Shown piece after piece: positions 13,140-25,259 of a DNA stretch of 64,000 nucleotides (position 1 is its first letter; every line of letters starts with the position of its first letter). The position numbers were made by a program, and so were the translations under genes. The notes beneath the pieces were generated by a model. It was not told where the DNA came from and did not search any database. It saw only the letters and a list, made by a program, of their open reading frames with translations. This stretch comes from Eledone cirrhosa (lineage: Eukaryota): the NCBI GenBank assembly GCA_964016885.1, contig OZ024743.1, positions 272,118,001-272,182,000 on the forward strand, given 5' to 3'.

Positions 13140-15400
13140 TCCTAAGAGAATCCAGTTAGAAGGAAAGAATTGGTAATTGGTACATTACAATTCTTACAGA
13201 TAAGGAACAGGAACTAGTGGAGGAGGCCAGTTGTTTCTGACTTTATACTGTTGCAGTTTACTCAACAATATTCCATGGCTTTAGTACATTAGATGGAGGA
13301 TGGAAATTCTGGTTTGGTGCTAAATAGGACTGTTATTGAGGTTTAGGCAGAAAGGAAGGCCTCTGTGGGTGGTGCAAGTTTATGCATCGAACAGAATCTG
13401 AATTTGGCTCCTTCTTTAATAAAATCACTATAGCATTAGATGTAGTTAAGACAGTCATATATCTTACTGGAAGACTTCAAAGTACATGGCACTGATCACC
13501 TAAAATGGAAAGGAGTGATTAGAAGGAAAGGTGAACCAAATCTAAATATGAATGGTGAAGCCTAATAAACTTCTGTTCTAGTATTGGGCTCTCTGTTATG
13601 AACACCTTCCAGCACAAGATATCCATAAGCATACATAGTATAAGGGAGGTCTGTAATTGATTTTTTATTGCCCCTGCCTTTTTCGATTCTGTGCTGGATG
13701 TTCATATTAAGAAAGGGGCTGAGCTATCAACTGATCACCATCTACTTATCTGCAACTTGAGACTACCTAAAGTCAAGAAAACCAACAAAACTGACAGATC
13801 CAACTCGACCTACAGGATACAGTGGGAAGCGCTGGTCGATAAGAAAATCAGGAACAGGAATGCGGATAATATTGCATCCAAATTCAGAGAACTCCCTGAA
13901 CAAGCCTAGGATGTTAAAATGAAATGGAGACTATTTAGCTCAGCAGTTTCCACTTCAGGGGTTCAGATGCCATCTGAATGAAGGAGGCTTACAGAGCATT
14001 GTTTGCAAATAAGTCTTATTTTTTATACCTGCAGTACAAACAGGCATGAAAAGTTGCAATAGAGACAGTAAAGGCATGGGAGGACTTTGGGATTAAGCTG
14101 GAGTCCAATTTTAGATCAGCAAATAAAATATTCTGGCAGACCATCCACTGACTTTGTAATAAGAAATCCCCTTCCATTCTTGGTATCAGAAACTTCTCTG
14201 AAGAGCAGTGCATCTTCGCAAGGTGTAATGAATACTTTGCTGATCTCTCAAAAGCAGTCGCTACAACATCTTCTGATGTACATGAGGTACATTAGAGGCA
14301 AAGGCTAACCTCTTGGATGCTGAGGTCACCAGAGTAAATAAAGAGGTCAAATGTGGCAAGTCTCTGGAGAGAATGATTTTAGCCAAAGATGTTAAAAGCC
14401 TTAAATAGAGAAGGTATTCTCTGGCTGACTCATGTGTGATGTGGATCTCTAGAATAGCATTTAAGCAATGGCAATTTGGTGCAATAATTTCAATTTTTGA
14501 AAATGGAGACAAGAGAGATTGTTTTAATTATAGAGAAATCTCCTTGCTTAGCCTCCCCAATAAAGTCTATGTTAGGTGTCTGGCAGAATGATGTAGGAAT
14601 ATTGTTGTGTTGAAGCTAGCTGAAGAACAGTGTAGTTTTTGCTCACGACATAGAACAGCTGACCAAATATTCACTCTGCAGCAAGTCTTCAAGAAAATAT
14701 GGGAGTGTTGCCAAGCAGTGTGTGCTTATTTCATGAACCTCAAAAAGGAATACATCTGCATGCCACAAGATGTGTGGAGGGTTCTGCAGGATAATGAAAT
14801 TGATGTACATCTTCTTTCCTTGAAGTTCCTGTATGTGGGTATCAGGCTCCAGCAGGGGTACATATTTTCACCTCTCCTGTTCATAATCTTTACAAATAGG
14901 ATTGACATGCATAGCAGCTTGGAAGTGCTATCAAAACTGCCAGATGTAAGATCAGTCAGCTGATATTTGTAGATGATATAGGGTTACTTAACTTACTGGA
15001 AAGTTATCTCCAACATGCAGTGGATAGGTTTGTTGCCAAGTACTGCAAGGCAGGAATGATAACTGGTGCTGTAGAGACACAGGCATTCATCCTCTTGAGA
15101 AAGCCTGCACAGTGTGCTCTGCATGTGACTGGGGTTACACTGTTCAGAGACATTTTAATAAGTTATGGAGAGCAGGAGGTTGAATTAAATGCAAGAATTG
15201 CTGGAGCTGGTGTAATAATGTGCCAGCTTCAGTACTTGGTCATCAGAAGGGAGATAGGTGTAAAAGTCAAATTCACTATCTTTAATTCAGTATTCATACC
15301 TACCGTTACCTATGGTTCTGAATCTTGGGTAATGACTGAAAAATACGATTGCAAGTAGAAGCAGCTGACCTTCCAAAGAACAAGTGGGCAAAGAAGAACA
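13140..15400 (+). mobile_element. RTE LINE ORF2 remnant (APE endonuclease plus RT)
   Basis: GAELSTDHHLL (APE end), YREISLLSLP, EEQCSF...DQIFTLQQ, GIRLQQGYIFSPLLF, FVDD and PTVTYGSESW; heavily disrupted. Confidence 0.9.
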
Positions 15401-16752
15401 TATATGTTTATATATGGACACACATTTAAAAAGAAAAATGACTGGCATTGTATATTGTATTCCTAGATACATCATGTCAGAATAAAAGTGGGGGTGGTCA
15501 TGACTGGAATTCTTTTGATCATAGGTTTGCTTAGGTTTGTTCATTTAGGGCTAAACAACAACAATTACATGCCAACGAAGAACCCTTTACATGGTCACTC
15601 GATTTGCTAGAAATAGCAGCCAAATCTTCTTATTTTTAGTCCTAGTTGACAAGCTTCTCATGTTATTTATATAAAAAATAATTTGAATTGAAAAAAAACA
15701 AGGCAAGTAAATATGTGGAGTGACTTGAGGCTACAGTGTTGGCAGCCGAATATATAAAGAGAGTATAAGGTTTAAGAGGACTGTTCGGTTTGAACTAGCA
15801 TGTGACACCCTCACTAGTGCCGGTGTCATGATAAAATACACACAGTACATTCTGTAAGCTAGTTTTGTTGATACCACGATAAATGCACCCAGTATACTCT
15901 GTAAGGTGGTAGTGCTGGTTCCTTGAAAACTTGCACCCAGTACTCCCTGTAAAGTGGTTGACATTAGGAAGAGCATCCAGCCAAAGAAATATTGAACGTA
16001 TGATCAAGATGAGGTCACTCCGACATAACTTGGTTAACCAGTTTAACCCATGCCAGTGTGGAAAATAAAAGTAAAAGTGATGATGATTAGAGTGTTTGAG
16101 TATTGTTTTGAAGGGCGTGATTCGTTTTATTTTATGTCTGGAGTGTAGGTTTATGAATTATGTTTACTTGAGATTGTGGAGAGTGTTGGTCTGGTGTCTG
16201 TTTGTGTTTATGTTAAGGCAATTAACTTAATAGTTATATATATATATATCTATATATATTTATATATATATATATAAGCAAGAACGCTACATGAGATGGA
16301 ACTGTAACAGCATTGAATGGTTTAACTGATGAACCACCTATAACTATAGTTACACACATTTCTACCACACACACACATATATATATATATATATGTGTGT
16401 ACGTGTATATGTATATGTAAGCTTGGAAAAATGGACGTACAAATGATGATTATGATGGTGATATATATATATATAGGGGAAGAGAGATAGAGAGAAACAT
16501 ATATATACATGTGTGTGTATAAACATAAATAGCTATATAGATAATAGATAGGTAGAGAGAGAGTGAGAGAGACACAGAAAAATTGGTTCTCATCTAAATA
16601 TTATTATATTTTGTTTTTGTTTGAAAATATTTTTTTTGTTCATCTCCCACAGCAGTGTTGTTGATTGTCTGACAGGCATTACTGTATTACTGTCAAGACG
16701 GCTGTTGAAACTACAGGACACCTTTCAAATTAACTGGATTCACTGCTCCAGC

Positions 16753-16821
16753 ATGAAGGTTCACATCGTTTTCTCTTTACTGCTGTTCTTCATAGGATGC
16801 ATAGCTGCAGAAATTATTCAG
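16753..16821 (+). CDS. M12B/ADAMTS-like metalloprotease, coding exon 1 (signal peptide MKVHIVFSLLLFFIGCIAAEIIQ)
   Basis: ATG at 16753, basic residue then hydrophobic core and small-residue cleavage region. Donor CAG|GTATGT at 16822 (phase 0). A pyrimidine tract plus AG near 16652 suggests an upstream UTR exon. Linkage to the downstream exons is inferred from phase match and from their lack of a signal peptide. Confidence 0.75.
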
Positions 16822-17132
16822 GTATGTTTTACAAAAGTAATCTACTTCCGACATACCCTTTTTCTTTTACCTTTGAACAGCATTTAAAAAAATTCTTTGA
16901 AACTTTTTAATCATTTTTTTTTTCTTTCGGTGTAATTTCATTCTTCAAGTTTTCTTGCAAGCAAAACTACAACAAAAACAAGTATTTTCTTTGTTAAAGC
17001 AGGGGTTAGCACTATAGGCCCCATGATAGGCTTTATACACACCAGGGGGTCTTTTTATTTTAGACAATATTTTATGGCCTGATGTCAACCCTTCTAGTCA
17101 CCTTTTACATGCTTGAATATGGTGTACCTAAA

Positions 17133-17362
17133 TTAACCATTTAGCATTTACATTACTCTATATATACAATTATATTTTCACCGTAAGGGCTTTACCTCAC
17201 ATAATTATCTCATAAAACATCGAATCTATGAGATTTTAATATTATTTATTTTGAGAAAAATACCTTAACATCAGTATGAGTGACCAGTTACAGCCGGTTT
17301 GAAAAGAAAGAGGTGAGAGAATTCTGGCCGGATATGGCTGGTTTAAATGTTGAAGGGTTAAA
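17133..17362. mobile_element. piggyBac-type MITE (~225 bp); sister copies at 23209-23417, 49199-49427 and 54693-54932
   Basis: TTAA-flanked TIRs ccctttagcattta / taaatgctaaaggg and a shared internal sequence in four copies. Confidence 0.8.
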
Positions 17363-20126
17363 TCAGATACACAATATCCCTTGAAAGTCCAACTAAGTGT
17401 TATACATCAATATATTTGATGTACACCTCTCCAAGGTTGGGTGTGAGGACATTAAGTATTAACAAACTATTATAGACAAATTAAAATTTCAATAAAATTT
17501 TATTGGAAATAAAAAAAAAAAAAAATAGCTTGATACTCATTTCTATAAGTTTTATTATAAATCAACTTTGGAAAACAACTTAAAACTTGTTCATTTTTGG
17601 AGCATTCTCAACTCTTCAAGTCAATATATTTCTCACACTAAAGTAAGTTAGGGGTGATGCCAGGAATACACACACACACATATACATGTATATAATCATC
17701 ATCATTATCATAATCGATTTTACATTGACTTTTCCATGTTGGCATGGGCTGGCTAGGACTTTTTGAGGCAATGTTTTACAGTCAGATGCCCTTCCTGAGA
17801 TTAAACCTTTTAGTCTTTTTTTACAATCAAGGTCAACTTTGCCTTTCATTCTTTTGAGGTCAAAACAAGTACTATTAAGATCTGGGGTTGATTCTTTTTC
17901 TATATCACAGTCTCCCTTCTTATCTGGAAGAAATCAATTGTGCTTTGACCTGGAGAGAAGATAGGCCCTGCAAATTTTAAAAAATATGCCAAGACATGCT
18001 GTATATAATTATGGTGCCTGTACAACTTCAACAGGAGATATGCACCCATCCATACATACATGCTATGTTCCCACATATACGTGGCCTTGTACCAATCTAA
18101 AAAAATCAACAGGCATTAAGCTTTTAATTAAATGTACATTGTACATTGAGCCAGTGTTTTGTATTATACTGGCATAACTGCTGCAGTTAAGGTTCACTGT
18201 GCCTTGCATGTTAATTCTAAAACTTGCATGTTAATTCTTTAACTAGTGGACCAGTGCCATGAATAATAATGCATTTAATTTTTGGAGTTGAGGATTACCA
18301 AATATATGAACATTCATACAAACTGGAAGATTTACGTTTTGATAAATTTATGGTTTGCATAAGAGAAACCCTATAGTTTATGTTGGAAGTGATTAATGAG
18401 AAAAATGATATTTTTAACAATTCATTTCTAGGATATATTGCCCTCCCTTTTTTCTTTTTTTTTAAATGTATTTTTATTTCTCTTTCTGCATTTATATTTG
18501 TATATATCATGTGTTTGTGTTTTTGTTCTGCAAGGATTACATTATTATATTTTTATACATAGAGTTACATCCTTTTATGATCTGAGTTCAAATCCCGCCG
18601 AGGTTAACTTAGCCTTTCATCTTTACGGGGTCGATAAAATAAAGTACCAGTAATGTACTGGGTAATTTGCTGGCCTTGTGCCTAATATAGAAACAATTAT
18701 TATATTTTTATACAACTGAATAAAAGAGGTTTATATTACATAAAGGTTTAACATCTATGTACAAATTTAATACATAATTAATTGTATGAATAAGGATTTT
18801 GTGATTGGAAAGTGAACTTCTTGTAGCAATATAACTGAGAAAGTAAATGCACTGTGTGTATGTTTGTATGTGTAAATTTTAAAGAACTACAGATGTAGAT
18901 ATAAATATACAAACACACATGGCATATTATTATAGGTGATTCTTTAATTGTAATGATTTATTCTTTAATTTTAAAGAGTTAATCTTTCATTCTAATGATA
19001 TAGGTTTTAAAATTCTAATGATATATTATTTAATTTTAATAATATATTTTTAATTCTAATGAGTTCATCTAGGAGAAAACATAACCACTATATCAACCAA
19101 CAGGGCCTATAAAAGCCAGTAACCTGGGCCAAGGCCCAGTGTGCTAAGAAGGGGCCCATGAATATCTAATCTATTCCCAACTTGAGAAAAATCTCTGAGT
19201 TCTTTGAATTTTGGGAGGAGCTGTGCCCGCTTGAAAAGGTCTGAGTAGTCTTGTTCTGCCTTGTTAAATTATTCTTGGAGACCCTGGTCAATCAGAATAT
19301 TTCTGGTGCACCACTATTTTCTTATATTTTGAAAATAGTATAAAATGAAATTCCTTAATGAATACATACATGCATACATATATATCAATCAACTTTGTCA
19401 TTTTAATGTCTGCTTTCCCCGCTAGCAAAGGTTGGACAGGTCCATACATACCAAGTCTGTACTGAAGAAGAGCCACTGATCTCCCAAGCAGGGCAGGGAT
19501 CGGTGTCTCACTTATGTACGGTCTCACATTCCATTGAGTGCTCAGGAGAGGTTGTCAAGCCTTTGACACAACTGAGTGTCCTTCTAACCCTTTGTTTGGC
19601 AAGATTGCTATGGCTGAATGCCCTTCCTATCACCAACCACTTTACAGTGTGTACTGGGTGTGTTTATCATGTAGATCACCAACACTAAGGAGGTTGTCAT
19701 GTCTTTTTCATGACTGAAGAGTCCTCGCAACCCTTTGTTTGATTGCTTGCAAGATCTCGATGGCTGAAAGCCCTTCCTATTATCAACTACTTCACGGGAT
19801 GGGGTGGGGGGCAGTTGCTAGGAACGTGTGTGTAGGTGGGGTTGAAGTAGTGATGTTGAGTATAACTGTTAACAAGTACTAATGCGAGGGGGGTGGTAGG
19901 TCATGTCACTTTGTATGCTGCAGGTCAGGTCTTCTTCAGCACAGCATAGTACCAGTCCTCACAGTCTTTAATCATTTCTGTTGTAAGGTTTAGCTTTTTA
20001 CGGTCGGTCTTTACAAGCTTATTCTATATCTTCCTGGGTCTGCCTCTTTCATGGATCACAGCAACTGGGGTTTCTCTGCATCTCTTTATGCAGCTGCTAT
20101 CTTCCATGCATATATATATATATATA

Positions 20127-20384
20127 TAACAGGTAAATGATGATTAACACAGATAAGCAATATTATAGGGTTTTACTCCAAGCATTAACATATATTTCAT
20201 TGCTTAATTATGCAATTAATCATGACTTGAAATTGATATCGTCAATAGTCGATTGGTTATTGCGAAATTCGATTTAATTAATTAAACATAATTAATTGCA
20301 TAATTAAGCGATGAAACATATGTTAATGCTTGGAATAAAACCCTATTATATCGTTTATCTGTGTTAATCAACCTTTACCTATTA
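20127..20384. repeat. Long imperfect inverted repeat (fold-back element) inserted at a TA tract
   Basis: aggtaaatgatgattaacacagataa...ttatgcaattaat is the reverse complement of attaattgcataa...ttatctgtgttaatcaacctttacct, with arms of about 95-120 bp. Confidence 0.85.
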
Positions 20385-21215
20385 TTAATAATCCAAGAAC
20401 TACTAACCACAGAACTTTCCGGAATTAAAAAACTTAACTAAGTAAACATCTTGTTGAGTCAACTAGCACCGCATGTTGAAATATTCCTTGGTACAGATTA
20501 CTCGTAGCCTGACCTTAGATAACCTTAAACTATATATATATGTGGTTGACAGCTGAGAGAAGGAGAGTTTAAATATTAATTTTGTTAAGGCTAAATAAAC
20601 AGGACTCACTATTTAGCCTTAATAAAATGAATATATATATATATATCATTATTGTTTTTATGTCATCTTTTCCATGTTGGTGTGGATCGGATGGGACTTT
20701 TTGAGACAATATTTACAGTCATATGCCTTCCTTGTGATATCCAGCAGAAGCAAGGGGGACAACCGTCTTTTCATTTCATGCTTAATTGGGCATCGTCAGG
20801 AAGGTCCCTCCCACCGCTTGCGACTGCTGGACTGGAAGACCGGCGAGAATATATACTTTTCTCGTCAGTGTAAGTGAGGTGATTAATCTCATTTGCATAT
20901 GAAGCTGCATAAGTTGGCTCAAGTTATAATAGAAAAGAAATAGGATTTCGCTTCAAGCATAGCGTTATACAATATGTATAAATATTTCGTATCTCCAAAG
21001 AAATACGGTTTTAGAAAGCCGTAGCTATGCAAACACCGGGGGAAGCCTGAAATGCATAGACGGTTGTCCCCCTTGCTTCTGCTGGACATCACCAGAGGAC
21101 GTTAGCCCCCCCCCCAGTGTTTTCATAGCTACGGCTTCCTAAAACCGTATTTCTTTGGAGATACGAAATATTTATACATATTGTATAAAGCTATGCTTGA
21201 AGCGAAATCCTATTT

Positions 21216-21260
<45 letters not shown>

Positions 21261-21340
21261 CGAAGGAGGTGTGGTAAGAAACCAGATGGACCATAACACA
21301 CCAGAGTACTCAATACTTAGGGTAGTAGAGAGGGTAATAT

Positions 21341-21424
21341 GAAAAAGTTTAACCCCGACAGCAGAGCTCAAGCCGTTTCGCCGTCGAAACGGCTTGAGCT
21401 CTGCTGTCAGGGTTAAACTTTTTC
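21341..21424. repeat. Near-perfect hairpin, 40 bp arms and 4 nt loop
   Basis: gaaaaagtttaaccccgacagcagagctcaagccgtttcg-ccgt-cgaaacggcttgagctctgctgtcagggttaaactttttc, one mismatch. Confidence 0.95.
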
Positions 21425-21590
21425 CTATATATATATAGAGAGAGAAATAGGATTTAGCTTCAAGCATAGCTGTATACAGATATGTATAGAAATTTCGTAT
21501 TTCTAACGAAACACAGTATGTTTACAGGAAACATTTAGGAAACTGTAGCTAAGCAAACACCAGTGGTGTCCAGCAGAAGCAAGGAGGACA

Positions 21591-21629
21591 ACCGTCTATG
21601 CATTTCAGATTGGTCTTCATCAGGACAGT
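21591..21629 (-). ncRNA. Minimal type I hammerhead ribozyme motif
   Basis: Minus strand ACUGUC-CUGAUGA-AGA-ccaa-UCU-GAAA-UGCA-UA-GACGGU: complete core, 6 bp stem I with one G-U, 3 bp stem II, and a one-pair stem III capped by the palindromic tetraloop UGCA. Confidence 0.8.
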
Positions 21630-22136
21630 CCCTCCCACACCTGCTGGACTTGAGAACAGTCAAGAATATATAGTTTTCTCGTCTGTGTAAATATATATGT
21701 AAAAAAAAAATATATATATATATAAATAAATAAATATATATCTAAGATAACTGACTGAATACGCACTTGTGTTTTTTTCCTCCCCAAATGTTTTTCTCAT
21801 TATTCCCACTCCTTCCTCTCATTATTCTTTACTTTCTATTTCTAACTTTACCTTCCTTCTGATGTAGGACTAGTGTCTGATACGTTAGGCCTCTCTTCCT
21901 GCTATTTCAAGTATTAAACTAATATATTTCTTGCATGTACTGTGCCGTTTGTTTTGTTATTTTTGTTATTTCTGTGTACCCTTTACACATATACATTAAT
22001 AAGAAGAAAGAGTGCTCTCTATGTAATTTTTATTTATTTTAACTCGTACACATGATAATTCATTGCAACTACGCACACATATATACATACATATATTATT
22101 AATCTGCTTTGCTATTTCCTCAATTTTATTAATACA

Positions 22137-22287
22137 TACCGTATTTCCCAGATGATTCGTCTTCTAGGACGCACCCTCAAAATTAAAAAAAAAATAATAC
22201 ACAACCTTCGGCCTCCAGGACGCATGGTAGAATTTTGAGACTTATTTTAAGAAAAAAGTACTGTCTTTGACACTAGGAAATATGGTA
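22137..22287. mobile_element. pogo/Tc2-type MITE
   Basis: TA-flanked TIRs taccgtatttcc / ggaaatatggta. Confidence 0.6.
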
Positions 22288-25259
22288 GTTATTTCATAAG
22301 CTATGTAGTCTTATTCACTTATTGATTGGCTGGACTTATGGCTTCACTTCTTTCCTTTCCGGATTTGTTGGTTGGTTTAAAAGGCAAAAGATTCAAATTA
22401 TTTTATGGTGATTGCAGGGTTTTGGTTGCGTTGGGTTCATTCGGACCCTCGTAGTTGAGTATAGAATTAGAGTCAGTGCTTGGTTGTGTACTGGATCAGA
22501 TTTGTAAGGGATTTAGGCCAGTGATAGTCCTTAAGGGTAATACTAGTTCTGTATCAGTTCCATGCCAATTACACAACAGGGTTGTAGTCATTACAAATTA
22601 TTATTATATAGAAATTATGTTATATGATGGCTGCAGCCTGATGGTATCTATCATCCTTAAACCAGTAATTCATACACTAACACCAATTTAAAGTACTATA
22701 ACAGAGATCTTGAGAAGACACGCGGTTGAGTGTCTAGAAAGCTGGATTCACTATTGTGTGGTTGTTAGTTTGATTCCTGGACTGGGCGGTGCATTGTGTC
22801 CCTGAGCAAGACACTTTATTACAAGGTACAATTCTCTCAGCTGGAAAAATTGAGTAACAATGTCACTGGTGCCAAGCTGTATCGGCCTTTGCCTTTTTCC
22901 TAGGACAACATTGTTGGCATGGAGAGGGGAGATTCATATGCATAGCCGACTGCTGGTCTTCCACAAAAACACCTTGCCTGGGCTTGTTCTTTGGCAAGGA
23001 AATTTCTAGGTGCAAAACCCAAGGTCATTCACGATTGAAATGGATCTTAAAGGGATGTGGTCTATTTTTAGTTGAACCTATGCATTATGTAATAATTCAT
23101 AGGGCCTTGTAAAAAAATGAGTCTTTTACGGCAAAGTATCACACATGTAAGAGAACAACCCCTCATTAAAAAAGCCTTACTTTTTAACTGTGAACAAAAG
23201 TACATCATTTAACTCTTTAGCATTTAAATTACTATATATTTAATATTGTATTTTCACAGTAAATCTCACATAATATTGAATCTATGAGATTTTGATGTTA
23301 TTTATTTTGATAACAATACCTTAACATATGTATGAGTGGCTGGTTACAGCCGGTTTGAACAGAAATAGATGAGAGAGCTCTGGCCCTATAAGGCCAGTTT
23401 AAATGTTAAAGGGTTAACATAACACCAGAAAACCACTTTCAAAATAGCAATGTAAGCAATGATAACCAAACTAGTTTAAAACAAAGGGGCTCCAAAAACT
23501 GGCTCAGATATAAACACTGAAAAAATTAACAATGATAATAACAATGAGTCAAATTAAAGTATATTACATCAACCAAAACAAACAGCATGAACTAATAGTA
23601 TTGTATTAAAATCATTAGGGCTCTGCTTTTGATATTTTTCTTTTTCAAGAACTTTTACTAAATGACTTGAATTTGTACAACAGAGAATACACAGAATTTT
23701 TCTTTTATATCCAATACATGTTACATTACATGAAGGTGTCTCACAGTAATTAGATCAGAATTAATTTATCAAATTAGACATAGTACAAAGAGAGTGTATT
23801 TAACAAACATTTATAAGCCCCTTCTCTACAAAGTACAGAGACAATAATAAAATATTAAAATTCTTAAAAACGAAACAAAATTCTAATTTCAGGTGGTTTA
23901 AATGCACACCATCCAATGTGGAATACCAACACCAGAAAAAAGGGAATATCTCTTAGAAGCCCCACATAAATATAACTTTATTTTACATACAATGCTAGAC
24001 CCCCCCCCCCCCTCCAAATCTTTTGACATTTTCATAATAGAAACATTGCACTACTTGTTCTGGCTCTTTATATTTTGAGTTCAAATCCTGCTGAGGTCAA
24101 CTTTACCTTTCATCCTTCTGGGTCAATCAAATAAAGTACCAGTCAGGTTCTAAGGTTGGTTTAATCAATTTTGTCCTTCCCCTAAATTTGCTGTCCTTGT
24201 GCCTAAATTAAAAACCAATCACAGAATCTCGATAGAAGATCATTTTATAGACAACTGGGATGTAGACCATCAAATAAATTTAGGTCCAGATCATGCCACT
24301 GGTAATATTAATATTATAATTCCTTTAATGCTGGTCGATTGGTAGAACGATAAAATAATGCAGCAGTGAATTACTGGGGTTGATTTAATTAACTTTCCCT
24401 TCCTTCCAAATTACTGGCTCTGTAACTAAATTTGAAATTAATATTACGATTACTTTAACAGTAAGAATACTAATAATAGTCAAATAAATTAAACTAAGAC
24501 ACAAGTAAGATAATATCAAATTCACATGACTGGCTGGATAGAGTTTACTAATTATTTAGAAGAACAACTATCACCTTATAACACATTTAACTATATCTAA
24601 TCAGCCAAAGAGCTAAAAATAAATCTACGAATATTTATGGATAAAATAAAAAAAATTAATTACTGAGAAATTTAATTTACTCAGCTGTAGAAATGAGATA
24701 ATAGGGACTGGGGTCCATATCATTCCACTGCAAAGTGGTCGTGGAGGTGCCACGGCAAAAAAAGCACCCAGCACTCACTATAAATGAGGTTGGTGTTAGG
24801 AAGGGCATCCAGCTGTAGAAATCAAGCCAGAATCAGTTCCCGTCCCACCCTTGCAAGCAGGGAAAAAGCGGACGTAAGATGAAATGAAATGATGATGAGA
24901 AAGTACCTATTACCTATTTCAATCCAAATAAAAATAAGAAAGATAACAACTACAATAAGGCACAGTGAAACAAAGAATTAAAACATCTAAGAAAAGAGAT
25001 GACCCAATCATTAAATTAAAACGGAAGCACCATCCAACAAATTCCAATTATGAAATGTATAAAGGATTAAAGAAAGAGTTTAAAAGGCAAATAAAATAAG
25101 CCAAAAATAATTTCTTGTCTAATAAGTTTAATCTGGAGTCCACGGGCGATATATAGTTCGTATACAACTCAATTATCAAATCAAAATCTCCAAAAGCAAA
25201 TCGAAATTTATTAACACAAGATAAAAACATTAAATATTGGGGTAGTGTAGTTAATACGA

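Larger units (their letters stand above)
20738..21690. mobile_element. Cluster of short hammerhead-bearing repeats (Penelope pseudo-LTR or retrozyme-like) in direct and inverted arrangement
   Basis: Block A (taggatttcgcttcaagcatagc...aaacacc) occurs at 20935-21045, inverted at 21108-21217, and again at 21445-21560. Block B (ccagcagaagcaagg..gacaaccgtc...) occurs at 20738, inverted at 21049-21090, and at 21565. Confidence 0.75.
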
